A stretch of DNA of 64,000 nt from Phaeosaccion multiseriatum (taxonomy: Eukaryota; Protista; Ochrophyta, other classes). Shown here one piece after another: positions 1-12,400 of the stretch (positions are counted from its first letter, which is position 1; each line of letters begins with the position of its first letter). The stretch lies in the NCBI GenBank assembly GCA_965112735.1, contig OZ218954.1, positions 1,488,001-1,552,000 of the forward strand, written 5' to 3'. The notes beneath the pieces were generated by a model. That model saw only the letters and a program-made list of their open reading frames with translations, searched no databases and was not told the origin of the DNA. The position numbers and the translations under genes were made by a program.

Positions 1-237
1 AAAGACGACATGCGCATGGGTGGGTGCGTCTTCGACAGTGTTGCCCATGACAGCGGGGAGGCTTTTGGGGGGGGGGGGGGAGAGGCGTTGCAGCACACAA
101 TCGCACGGCACTTGTCTAGAGTGACCCACTGCTTCCTTCCGCTCCGTCGCCGACCGTTCCCATGTATCACCAACTGCTACTGCTCGCCTTCGCGCTCCTC
201 ACCCCGCGGCTTGCTCGTCCTGTTTCTCCCTCCTCAC

Positions 238-1452
238 CTGGTACGTGCTGTTGTGTCTGAGTGCTGATATCAAGTCTCCCGTCCTGTCCAGCAAGACAAG
301 CACCGGTCGCTGATAGGAAGACACGCCCCCGCTGCTAAAAAGCCCCCCACCTCCCCCTCCTCCTCCTGCTCCCCCCCCTCCTCCCCCCGCCTTGCCGCCT
401 CCTCCCAACAGATGGTCGCTAATGAGGGAGTTGAGCTGTCTGGCAACCATCTCAGCCGCACCCCCTCGGGGAGCCCTGATCACGGGCACCACTTTGAGAG
501 TAGCCAGCACGCTGAGCAGTCCGTACGAAACGGCAGTCATGGCCGCGGTGATTTGGGTATCTCCGCACGACGGGTGGTTGTAAGCCAAGAACGACCCGGG
601 CTGTCAATGATTAATATTTGGACAGAGAGACAGGACAAAATACACGAAACACAGACGCGCGCGCACACACACATTATGATGATTAGTACCCCAGACAGGT
701 TCGTTCGGCGGTAGTAGCCGGGGGGTGGGGGGCTGGAGAGGGCGAAATGACGTTACAGAAAAAAAAAGAGGCAAGCGGTCTGATCATATCATCCGCGGTG
801 GTATGTGTGTACGGGGTTATGCAGGCAGCAGTGGGGCTGAGGTGGACGGAGCAGCAAGCCGAGCCAGAGCGACGACCAAGCCGACCGACTGTCCCCCTCG
901 ACCCCTCCCTCCCCCTATACCTTACGTACGACCCTATACCTTACGTACGACCCTATACCTTACGTAGGACGTCCCGAGGACGAAGGATCGTACCTGATTG
1001 AGGTGAAACAGACGCGGTTCCAAGGACACAAAGTCCAGGTATCGGTCCACAATCTTGCTCACCTGAGAACGGGTGGGGGAGGGGGGGATTGGAGAAAGGG
1101 TGAAAGAGGGAGATAGAGAGAGGGAGGGAGAGCGAGAGGGACCAAGTGAGAGGGAGAAAGAGAAAAGAGACGCGGTGAAGGAACAGAAGGGGGGGAGAGA
1201 GACGCAAGAGATATTCATGGGTGCGGAATACGCTTTGTGATACTTTCATTGAAAGAGTGGGGGAAAGCGTTCAGGGAAAACATTGCACCACCATAATGTG
1301 AAGCCCTCATGTATGCACTCAAGTGTCTCTCTCTCGCAATCACACACTCACTGATCCACTCTGACTAACACATCCAGTCACAAAAACATGCACACACGCG
1401 CACACATACATACATACACACACACAAACACACACACACACACTCACACACA

Positions 1453-1490
<38 letters not shown>

Positions 1491-2384
1491 AACCATTTGA
1501 GCGGAGCCCGACGTGGTGACTTGCTTGGCGAGGCTCTCCATGAGGGGCCGCTCGAGCTTGCTGGACAAGTTCAGCGACACAGATGCGTACAGCAGGCGGG
1601 AGCAGTCCTGCAGGGCCGTAGTGTGAAGCAAGGGGGGCCGTATGGCATTCAACACGTGCATGTTCGCAGGGCACGCAAAGGACAAGAGGGGTGGGGTGGG
1701 TTGGGGTTGGGTGGGGAGGGAGGTGGAAGACAGGTAGTGAGGTTACTATTCCGACAAGGCGTGCACTAGCAATGCTTTCTTCTCTCTCTCTCTCTCTTTC
1801 CCGAATTGGAAGAAGCCCTCTATCCAAAGCTATTATTGGACTCTCTGAACAGCCGGGAGGGGGAATGGAGTTCACAAGGCCCTCACCCCCCCCCATCTTC
1901 CCTGCCCCTCCTTCATTCCTGTGAGGGCAAGGTCATACCTCCTTGAAAGTGGTACCACGCACACACGCAGACACACGCGCGCACGCACGCACACACGCAC
2001 CTTGGCAACTTGTTGGAGGTTCTCTGGCGTGGGTTGACAAAAGTACAGCGCAGGGACGTCAGTGATGGGCTCCCTCTCCTGCTCCAAAGGCATATGCAGC
2101 GTCACACCGAGCTTCCTCAGCTGCGTCACGTTGAGCAGTGTGGAGATAATGTCGCGGCAGTGCGCATCGTACACGAGCAGCTTCCACTCGTCTGACCAGC
2201 TGCCCATCAAATCACCGCTTCCACTGCTGCTGCCGTTGGCGCTGCTTGCCCCCTCGCCGTTTAGGTACCCCATCCCCCGCTGCTGTCCCGCCGCCGTCTC
2301 CCTTAGCATGTCTTGCACGGCCTGCCGCTGCCGCTGTTTGACATTGAGGCTCCCGCCCACGACCCCGCCCCCGGCCATCGCCAT
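238..2384 (-). CDS. SLY1: Sec1/Munc18 family protein Sly1 (SCFD1), 5' part; gene continues beyond window start
   Basis: Exons 2384-2001, 1607-1494, 1062-994 and 600-238 join in frame at GT-AG sites. Motifs WKLLVYD..CRDIISTLLNVTQLRKLGVTLH, REPITDVPALYFCQPTPEN, KIVDRYLDFVSLEPRLF, RPVLVLLDR..DL...L.H..TYQ. Confidence 0.93.
913..966. repeat. 19-bp intronic minisatellite (CCCTATACCTTACGTACGA x~2.8)
   Basis: Units at 913-931 and 932-950, partial unit at 951-966, inside SLY1 intron 3. Confidence 0.9.
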
Positions 2385-3233
2385 ATTGAGAGGAAGGCCG
2401 CCTTGCTGTCAATCCACACGCTTGAGGATGGAAATGGGTGCCTTGATGGCGGGGTAGAGTGGGCAACAAGGTCCTTCTTTCTCGCCCGTGATGGCCTCGG
2501 TCAAGTGACCACCTTTGTGACGAAACGATCTATCTGTCCCTTCCCTGCGCCACGACCTTCGCCTCCTCTCCTCTTGGCCCCATGCAACTGATGGCGTATT
2601 GCAGAAATGCCTTCTGCGACTGGTAGTACTGCTCAGGTTTACCTGCGTATATCACTCCCTTCTGATGGGCGCAAACGTTGGGAGGGTCTGAGAGGAGGCG
2701 ATGGGGAGCGGGAGAGAGCAGAGTAAGTTAGCCGGATTGTCCCCTTGCATAAATGCTCGTTGATTCCAAAGGCAGGGGCGCATCAGGTTGCAGAGCATGA
2801 ATAGCTGTGCCTCTGTAAAGACAGAGGAAATAGAAGAGGAGGAGAGAAGGAAAAAGGAGAGAAGGAAGATTTTGATCGAAAGCATCCTTCATCGCCTCCA
2901 ATAATTTACTCACGACTCATCATGCCGCAAGAAAAGACACCCTTTCTTATTCCGCACCTTCTCTCGTCTCTTCTTTGATAGCCTTCCTGGATGGAGACGA
3001 AGAAGGAGAAAAAATTTAGCGGCGTACGGGCGGTGGAGGCCCAAGGACGGCAAGGGGGCTGACCCAATGACGGAAAGAACACCTACCCATACCCGATATC
3101 CCCACCTCCACCCACCCATCTCTCTCCACCTGTGTACCACCCTGAGGAGCATACGTAGAGGGGGGTGCACCGTTCCTCACTTATGTGCTGAAGCGCTCGG
3201 CCGAAGCGACGTAGCAAGAGACTCGAGAACCAG

Positions 3234-4663
3234 ATGGGGCTGGGGAGTCAGCTCAGTCAGCTCATGAACTCCGCAAGAGGTGGAAGGTCAACCCTCTCCT
3301 TTATGGCGAGGAGAATGAGTGCAGGACGGAGGCAGCAAATTGTATGTCTTATTGCTGCGCCCATTGAAGGGCAAGGGTGGAGGGGAAGGAGGAGGAGGAG
3401 ACCGGTGGCATGGTCAGCGATCAGTATGATAGGTACAGAGCGGCAATTCGCGACACGACGAAGGCGCCAGGAAGTAGGCGCAAGGAGGCCTCTCCCGCCT
3501 TCTCCTTCTCCGTATGACAAAGTGCTGTCGGCGGATCTGATCGAGAAGATGGAGACGGATGCAGTTTCAGTCAAGGACTTTCGCCCCACCGAAGGTACGG
3601 AAGGCTTGAGAGTCAAGCTCGTTGTGTGAACGTGCCTCTGGCCCTCGTTTAAAGCCCCCCCATCTTTACCCCACAGTGTTCGAGATGGAGAGAGTGCCGA
3701 CCGGAGTCGCACCCAGCGCCACTACAGACTCGGAGCTGCTGGTATCTCCAGAGGAAGAGGAGGATGGTCCAAAAGAGATGCCAGCAGAATTCATCAAAGC
3801 GATGGAAGCGCTCATACCCGTTGACTACATTAAGAACAAGCGGGTACGTACACAATAGGCCCGAGGGACGTTTGAGCTACCATCTATAAGAAGGGGGGCT
3901 GGTACTGATGCCCATGATGCCCCGACTGACTATGCATGTGGTAGCACCGGTGAGCCCTAGAATCCACACCAACGTAACACAACTCAACGATTCCCAACTG
4001 CTGCTTGTCTTACTCTCCCGCGTGTGCTTGCTTACTTGCATGTGGTCAATTGCAGGAAACGGAGAAAGTACTTCCGTCCCAGGAGCAGCTGGAACAGTTT
4101 GCGGAGGCCCAAGGTGAGATGCATATGAATGAATGCTTATGTTCATGAGTGGGAGGTGCGACTCTCCTCTGCTGCTGACGGTAGTCATACCCCCCTCCCC
4201 CCTCCCCCTCCTCACCGTTGGCTGTGGTCGACTCAAAGGGACAAGCTTGGATGTCGCGGACACCCCTCGCCCTCTCCCTTCTATCCGCTACACCCAACCC
4301 GCGGACGTGCTCCAGCCAGTACCAGGCAGGCTGCTGGTGAAGCAAATGGCCTCCATGCTCGCGCTCAGGGGTCCTGTGGACAGGCATCAGATGGAGGAGA
4401 TGGCCAGCAAGTACCAGGTTGGTTTGGTTGACTTGACAGGAGGGAAGGGCTTGGGCGTGTACCCCCTTTGCCCCCCCCCAGGACTCCGTCGGTTCGAACA
4501 CAACTCGGCTCATCCTTCTTATGCACATCGCCTGCGCTTCTCATATTCTCTTGCCTGCACTGTTCCGCAGTTGACGTTGGAAGCGGTAGAAGCTTTGGTC
4601 AAGCACGTCAGAGTGCCATACATTGTCAAGGTGGACAGGCAAGATTATGGCATATGGAGATGA
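3234..4663 (+). CDS. Multi-exon protein, possibly NDUFAF4-like complex I assembly factor
   Basis: Downstream exons 3677-3843, ~4056-4113, 4320-4417 and 4571-4663 join in frame. The C-terminus VPGRLLVKQMASML..MEEMASKYQLTLEAVEALVKHVRVP resembles the NDUFAF4 C-terminal motif, and the protein starts MG. 5' exon structure is uncertain. Confidence 0.5.
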
Positions 4664-5647
4664 AGGAAGACTGTTCAGCAGAGGCACCGATGATGGATAG
4701 CTGGGCCCTTCCTTCGATGGGAGGGGAGATTGAGTGGCACGTACCCACCGGATGGTGTGCTGCGCCCCCAAGGGAAGGGGGCGGGGGTGACACCAGGGGG
4801 GCTGGACGGGACACAGTGTCGCAGCAAGAGCCGCCCTCGCGTCAGCAGCGGCGCTCACCGCCCGTCAGGCAGCAAAAGTGCTGTTCTGCAGACAAAGCCT
4901 CATTTTTTCATAGGTTGACATGCCTTTGATATAGGCCTATACCATAACGTTAAGACTGTTCTTATTGAGCGTGCAGGGCAATACCAGCACCCCCCTTCCC
5001 TGCCGAGCTGTGTCAGCTACACAGCATACATCATTCCGCCCTTCCCATGATCGGAAGGGGGTACACTGAAGAGGCACTGCTACAGGGCACTGCTGCATAC
5101 GGCATACACCCCCCGCACCCCCCGATGTGAGAAGAATTATCAGGAAGAAATTACAACCCAAGGAGTCCAAAGTCCCGCCCCCTCGAGGCTGACGCTAGCC
5201 ACCTTTTCGCTTCCCCTACTTTCCTGCCTGTGGCAATCAGTGCTTGTGGCTCGGTAGGGCTGCTGTCGTGTACCAAAAGTCCCTCTTACATCTCCGAGTC
5301 CAGCAGGCCTGACACGATGGCCAGTCCATTCGGGCAGACACATGCACGCACACCGACGGTCGGGTGATTTGATTGTTTGCCGACACCACCAAAGAGCGCT
5401 CACCCGTCACCACTGCCGTTGATTGGTTGCAACTCTACAGCGGCGCACGAAAGCTCCTCATCACGAACCCACGAACTGCCCCACCCCATGAGGATCACAG
5501 GAGCTTGTTGCGCACACTTCTGGTTTCCGTCAGCAGGCACGTCTTTCTACAAATCGTATACGCCTGAGCTTCAAAGCCAAGTGTCTGACGAAGTTTCCGG
5601 AGCCGACTTGAGACCGGACGTCGCAACATCACTGCTTTCAGAGTCAG

Positions 5648-7038
5648 TCAGTCCCAGGGATTCGGGTAATCGGGAAAGCCGGCGAATTGTTCAGGGTCGA
5701 GTATGGCCACTGTATCGTACACTGCCTCCACAAACTCCTGCTCAAAGTCGCCCAAGCTGAAGAGAGAGGCTGAGCTCTTCTTAGAGTGCATTACAAGCAC
5801 GTTGGGGTCGCTTCTCCAGTCGGATACGCCGTCTCTGTTTGGCGCCTTGCTTTTGCTACTTGTATCTACGAGGTGGACAATCGCACGGCGGTCAGGCCGC
5901 CACTGTGAGGGCGGTAGGTCAGGGGGGGGGAGTGGGGGTATGAGAGGACATAGGGGGATTAGGGGACGATATTGGCTGGTGTCTGTGGAATTGGTGGTGA
6001 GTTGGCAAGAGAATGGGTGCAGTAAAAGTCACAAATCATGTAGGCGAGTGTATAAGGACACCTCTTCTATACTTCTTTCAATATCATTCATCATTCCAAG
6101 CGGTACCTTTCTCCAGGCCTCCAAAGCCGTGCGGTCGATTGAGCCTCCGTCGCTGTATGGGGCGCCGGAAACTAAACGAGACAGCAAGGCGAGTGAGGGG
6201 GGCGAGAAAGCATGTTAGAACCAAATACCACTAACAAAGTACAGCTTTCTCACAGACGCCCCCAGACCAACGCAGTGGTGTGGTCTGTGTGTACAGGCGC
6301 ACACACACGCTGTCCTATTCGACACCAAGGTGCTCACCGTCTACAGGTTTGAATGTCCGAGGCACCGCCATGGAAGCCGCGACAGCCTCGGGCAAAGATC
6401 CGGAATGGAGGAGCTTGTGATGTCCATCTGAATCCACCACCCCCACAGCAAAGGGAATGGTGAGGTCCTCGAAGAGCGGCGGCAGAAGGCCTTCGAGCAT
6501 TTCTACCACGCCTTGCAGGCTCATGAGTCCCTTCCATGGCATCAAGTGGGGTCGACCCACCAGGCGAATGGGGGTTCTGATGAGGGGTGGACAAAGAGGG
6601 GTTGGCGGGACAACAGCAGAAGAGCGACACACGGAAGGGGCGTCAGAGTGTCGGGTTTTTGAGCGAGCGCCTACGATAATTTCAGGTGCGACGAAAGGGA
6701 AGTAGAGTAGAGGAACAGCAGGTTATAGTGACGAGTGAGACACACGAGACCCCGTTTCCCACTCCACTCCGCGCTTCATACAGGCTGAGAGATGACTCAA
6801 CTCACGTCGCGGACACCAGCTCGTAGATCTTTTCCGCGGGGTAGCCCGCGGCCCACAGGGAGCCTACCAGCGCGCCAGACGAGGTGCCTACAATCCCTCT
6901 TACTCGAGCCTCCTCCTCACGCGCCCATGTTTGCTCCAGGCCTTGTAAGAAGCCGCAGTGGGAGGCAAAGGCACAGAAGCCGGAAGACAGGATGACATCG
7001 ACTCCACAAAGGGCGGTCTCAGCCTGCTCTGTGGTGGC

Positions 7039-7070
<32 letters not shown>

Positions 7071-7275
7071 ATTGTCTGGTACTACTGGCGGGAAAACATC
7101 TTTCTGCGACCCCCCCTCGCCAGCGTAAAGACCGGCCGTCGATCAGGCGGGTCCTATGGGAGTTCCCTCTCGAGGATGACGGAGAGGTACTGGCAGGGAG
7201 ACTTACAACCCAGCAGACACAGGGCTTCAGCAAGGCGGAGAAGAGGAGATACCTCAGCACCAGCCCCAAACGCAT
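5648..7275 (-). CDS. Patatin-like phospholipase with N-terminal signal/targeting peptide
   Basis: SSGFCAF..H.GFL oxyanion-like motif, GTSSG nucleophile elbow, AVAASMAVP, and YSDGG catalytic Asp in an exon near 6105-6172. Last exon 5902-5648 ends ..YPNPWD*. Confidence 0.85.
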
Positions 7276-7580
7276 TGAGGGAGAATAGAGAGGGTTCTGA
7301 GGGGCAAGAGAAGAGAGAAGGTGAAGAAGGACCTTAAAGTGCCATCCATGGTTTGCCTAAAAGTAATACCACCCGCCCCCGGGGGGTCGGGGGTTGGCGC
7401 CAAAAACTGGATCCAACATTCGGTTCCAGCTCTTATTCCTCAGTCCTCAGTCCTCCCCATCGGCACAAGTGTACCAGCCATAATCCTGTGTCGAAGGTAC
7501 CGCCCGAGGTTTGCGTGTTGGTTCCTTTTCATCGCGGTTGGCACAACAGGATTTTTCTGTTCCCTCTCTAGACTTTCAGC

Positions 7581-8840
7581 ATGCGGAGGTGGGTGCAAGC
7601 AAGTGCTGCACTCGCCTCTGTGATTATCAGTTCTGGGGGGGCGCCCCCTGCTGTCAGGGAGCCTCGTCGTTGGGTTCTTCTTCAGGGGCCTCATGATCGC
7701 TTCAATTTTGGGGATCTACTGTTCGAAAAGGTCGTCTCTCGTTTGTTAGTGGAGAAGGCCGGCTATTTGCCGGAGGAGCTGGTTTCGGTGGGGATGATTA
7801 GCGTGAACATGTCGCAGTTTGGGGGACATCCTAATGTGATTAGTGCGAAGAGAGCGGTGGCTCTTTCTCACGCTGTCTCACGCTTAGGCAACAAGGCAGG
7901 TCCATTCGACATTGTGTATCTCGGTGGTGAGTCGACAGGATGCACATCTGCATTTGGAGCGAGCATGTTCCCAAGTGAAGACCAGCGAGAGGAGGCTCTG
8001 GCAGAGTCGATGTCTCCCACTTGCGCTTATCTGCTACCCAAGTCAAGGCTTGTGCCCCCGGAGTACACCGGAATGCCACAACCGGTTTCTGTCGTCAACA
8101 GTGTGGGAGTTCCGCGCCGGAAAGGATGCGACGAGGCTCTGGAGCAGGCTGACTACCTGGGTTTTCGGAACTTGATGCCAAATGCAAGGCTTGCCGGCTA
8201 CCCTCGCGCCCAATCGCGGCCGGACAGTGCAGTCATGGTGGATAAACTTTTCCGGTCAGTAATCACCGAGTATGCAGAGTTGGGCGAAGTGGCGACAGTT
8301 AGGATGCAAACTGCAGGTAAGTACATTGCCGTGCAAATGAAACACAAGGCCTTTCCTGCAGCAACCGTGGCCCGAGCTCTCGACGAAGTATGGACGCACA
8401 CCAACCTGACCACAGTCTTCTTCCGGGCTGGATCGGTTCCCAATCACGACTCTCTAGAGTATTACGAAGCAATCTCAGCGCTCATGAAAGGCCCGTATAT
8501 CATATTCGAGACCGAGCACGTGTGGTCTATTGTTGCGCTTATTTCGCGAGCCACAGGGGTCCTGTCGACGAGCCTCCATGTTCGCATCATGGCATTTGTG
8601 CACGGCCGACCTCGGGTCACGGTTTGTACACAGCCGAAGCACTCCCAATTTATACAAATATGGGAGGCGCCAGACGCTACTTCCTGCTTGCAGGGGCAGA
8701 GCCTCCCTTTGTTATGGCCCACTCTCGGGCGGTCACTCCACACATCTCAGGAACGAACCCTGCAGGCGGGGCAGAGGGCAGCGGATGCCTACCTAGCCAG
8801 TTTTGATGAGTGGTCCAGCCTCTTGAATAGGAGGCAATAG
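7581..8840 (+). CDS. Polysaccharide pyruvyl transferase family protein, intronless, secretory N-terminus
   Basis: 419-aa ORF with NFGDLLF, GGE, FR(N), RPDSA and STSLHVRIMA..HGRP motifs characteristic of the WcaK/CsaB/Pvg1-type family. Confidence 0.8.
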   Translation: MRRWVQASAALASVIISSGGAPPAVREPRRWVLLQGPHDRFNFGDLLFEKVVSRLLVEKAGYLPEELVSVGMISVNMSQFGGHPNVISAKRAVALSHAVSRLGNKAGPFDIVYLGGESTGCTSAFGASMFPSEDQREEALAESMSPTCAYLLPKSRLVPPEYTGMPQPVSVVNSVGVPRRKGCDEALEQADYLGFRNLMPNARLAGYPRAQSRPDSAVMVDKLFRSVITEYAELGEVATVRMQTAGKYIAVQMKHKAFPAATVARALDEVWTHTNLTTVFFRAGSVPNHDSLEYYEAISALMKGPYIIFETEHVWSIVALISRATGVLSTSLHVRIMAFVHGRPRVTVCTQPKHSQFIQIWEAPDATSCLQGQSLPLLWPTLGRSLHTSQERTLQAGQRAADAYLASFDEWSSLLNRRQ

Positions 8841-9199
8841 GGCCCCGGGCGCGGAAGTATCATCGGGAAAAGCACATCCCACCACCCTTGGCACGACCGG
8901 ACAAGGGGGAGGGGAGTAGAGAAACGCAAGCAGAGAGGCAAGCCGCACACAGAGAGGAGCGATGGGGATGCAGCGCAAAAGGGGGATGGAAAACCCTGTT
9001 TGCATAGAGTATTACTGAGGCACGAAAAGAATGTTGGGCCCGAACAGCCCGCGTACTCGAGCCTGAGACCAAGCCCGAGACATGACGTTGTTTGCTGATA
9101 CGGATAATCTCGGGCCCAATGTGGGGGATATGGCCGCGCCGACGTAACCCATCTCGTCATGGCTCTGTATAGAGATACAGAGGCCCTGGATCGTGGGTA

Positions 9200-9270
9200 T
9201 GTGCGTGCGTGCGTGGGTTCGAGCGTGCGTGGGTTCGAGCGTGCGTGGGTTCGAGGGTGCGTGCGTGCAT
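9200..9270. repeat. Short tandem repeat (GCGTGCGTGGGTTCGA-like units)
   Basis: Three near-identical units visible in the convergent 3' intergenic region. Confidence 0.7.
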
Positions 9271-9454
9271 GGGTGCAATGACTATTTTGTATTTCAACGT
9301 ATCCGCCAGCCCCTTGGCTACACCCCGCCGTCTCGCACCGGCGCACTCATCCAACGCTGATAAGGCGCTACAGCCCGAGAGCCGTTGCTCATTGTTCCGT
9401 GGGCGGCATCAATCCGCGACTCGTAGTTCCTTCCCCCTCGTCCGCTCTCATTAG

Positions 9455-12400
9455 CTATTGCGCTTGCACCATAGCCCGGCCTCGAAACCCGTGTGCCCCA
9501 GCAGCGATCATCACTCCACCTCTCGCCCCTCCTCCTCCTGCACCCGACGCGGAGAGTCTCCCTGCTGTTTGTGGTCTCTGTGGGAATCCTCCTGCATTTG
9601 TGGCCATGGATGCAGGCCGCCCGCTTCCGCTTCCGCCGATCCCTCCTCCTCCTCCTCCTCCTCCTCCTCCTCCCCCTGGGCCCAATCTCCGATAAAAGCG
9701 AGAGGAGGAGTTGGGTGGGTGGTGCTGGTGGGCAATATAGTGACCTCGCGGAGAGGAGGAGTGATAGTATGGGTTGTTGGGCTGATGGCGGAGGTATCCT
9801 CCTCCTCCTCCTCCTCCTCCTCCTCCACCACCACGACCGCCGGCGCTGCCAATCAACGCACTCCCCCGCGATGAGGACGAAGAAGCAGTACAACCGGCTG
9901 CGCCAACGACACTCCCCGCCCCTCCCATCGGTCTGCGAGAGGGGCTCTTTGCTCCTTGTCCTGGTGATGATGCGGGTAGCTTAGAGTTTCGGCGAGGACT
10001 GACGTTACTGTTGCTGCTGCTGCTGTCGTTGTCGCCGCTGTTCGCCGCCGACGACTGCTGCCGGGGTCCGCCGCTTCCGAGTTGAGATCCTGCTCCTGTT
10101 GCCGCCGCGCTCCCCCCCCCTCCCACCGCCGCCGCCCCTCCACCGCCTCCACCTGCTCTCCCTGCTGCTGGCCCAGGAGTGCAAGATGTCATCGTGTTGT
10201 TGCTCCTGCCTCCCTGGCCGAGATTGGTCGTATGCGAAGAGTATCGGGTGCTAGAACTAGGATGGTATCTACGCGGGTGGTGTTGCGGCTGTTCCTGCTG
10301 CGCCGGTCCGCTCTGTCGAGAAGTTTGCGACATTCGAATCTGGGTCGTCGTCGTCGTCGCCTTCTGGTGGTGGTGCTGCTGTTGATGCTGTACTCCTCCT
10401 CCAGACGAAGGCCAGTGACTATTCACGAGCCCTCGAGTGGTGCGGAAGGTGCGAGCGGTCTGGGGCCTCCAAGGCACTAGCTTGTTTCCGCCGTTGTTAG
10501 CTATGGCACCAGACGCGCGCCGGACAGGCGAGTCGCCTCCTTGTGCTCTCACTCCCCTGCCGCCCCCTTGCCCGCCGCGGAAGGGGGAACGACCACCTCC
10601 ACCAGCAGCAGCAGCAGCAGTAGCAGCGGAAGAGCCCCCTGAATACCTCTCCACTTTGTCGATCATCAATGGTGGCACAGCCACGCGTGCCTGATTCGTG
10701 GTGCGAGAGGTGCGAGAGGGAGATGATAGCGACGCTCCCGCTGTGCCGGGGCGCGGCCGAGGCGAGGGTGTGGCGTCATAGGGCACATCACTGTGCGTGA
10801 CATTGGGCGATGGATGAGCAGTGGAGGGCGAGCGAAGAGGGATACTGGAGCCTGCTTCGATCGGTGCCCGGGCCCTGGGCTTGGGAGACGTGGTTGAAGT
10901 GGACTCGCCGCCCCGCTGTGTCGCACTCGCTTCCTCTACGCCGCTACCGCCTGGAAGGGGTCGAGACTTCGATACATCATACTCATGTACCACCACCTGC
11001 GGATGCGGCGGCTGCTGTTGCTGCTGCTGCTGCTGCTCCTCATCTTGGCGAAACTCCTGCGCAAGTGGAGTGTTGGAGTCGCCGGATTTACCACCCGCGA
11101 AGGAAGCAAATGTCTTGGGCGACTCCGCCGGTGGCCTGTGCTGCTGCTCCTTCTCGTCCTTTATCTCAGGCTTCTGCTCATGGGCAATAGTGTAGAGCGG
11201 TTCAGAGAGTGATGACGTCACGGTCTGTCAGGGACCAGCAAGGTCTTTGCTATACGGGTGGTAGCGGGTGTGTCGCCCTGTGAAAAGTACCAGTTCGCAT
11301 GTACTCAACGCACTCACCCACTCACCCACTCGCTCACTCACTCACTCACTCACTCACTCGAACTCACGCGCTCACCCACTCGCTCACTTACTCACTCACT
11401 CACTCACTCACTCACTCACTCACTGAATTCATTCACTCACTCATTCTCTCATTGACTCATTCTCTCACTCACTTACTCATACACTCAGTACTCAAGCACT
11501 CACTCACTCACTCACTCACTCACTCACTCACTCACTCACTCACTCACTCACTCACTCACTCACTCACTCACTCACTCACTCACTCACTCACTCACTCACT
11601 CACTCACTCACTCACTCACTCACTCGCTCATTCACTCAGGCATACACTCAGTACTCAAGCACTCCCTCCCTCCCTCCCTCACTCACTCACTCACTCACGC
11701 ACCATGTACTGCAGCTCCTCCCCTCGCCCAGTGGCCGCACACGTGGAGGCCGTGCCTGGTCTCGACATTATCCCTGCCGCACCTGCACCCACACTCTCAG
11801 CCACGGTGGTGGCAGTGCTGGTGGTCTGCTGCAGTTGCTGCTGCAGTCGCATCGCCTCGATGTTGGCCCGCTCGATCTCCCTCCCAAGCCTCTTGAGGAG
11901 GAGGTAGTATGTGGTGGTGACATTGTTGTGCGACTTATTTCGAATGGCGTCCTGTCCGAGGAGGGGGGTGGGGGGGGTTGGGGGGATAGGAAGAATAGGG
12001 GGGCGTAACGCCATTAAGGTGGGCAGTTTAGGGTATGGTCATGATTGAGGGAGTACCTCGGGGGTAGTTGTGAGCAACCCGAGTCCTCGCTTTCTCCTCT
12101 CCTTCCTCTCTCTCTCTCCCTCCCTCCCTCTCTCTCCTCTCCCTCTCTCTCTCGCCCTCTCTCTCTCTCTCTCTCTTCTTTCTTACCTGCACGACTTTGG
12201 GACTGAAGCCCATGGCCATCATCTTGTTGAGAATGGCCTCATCCACCACCTCATTGGCGTCCAGGCCGCTCCTCAGGGCCGGGCGGTCCACTGCCAGGTA
12301 CCACTCATGAAGCCGAATCTCCTCCATACCATAGCGGGTGTCTGGGTTCGTGTCGAGCATATGAGAGAGGAGGTCCTTCAGCGGCTCGGAAAGCCACAGA

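Noticed and set aside
11299-11907. 202-aa (THSL)n ORF
   Set aside because: Antisense translation of the intronic TCAC microsatellite.
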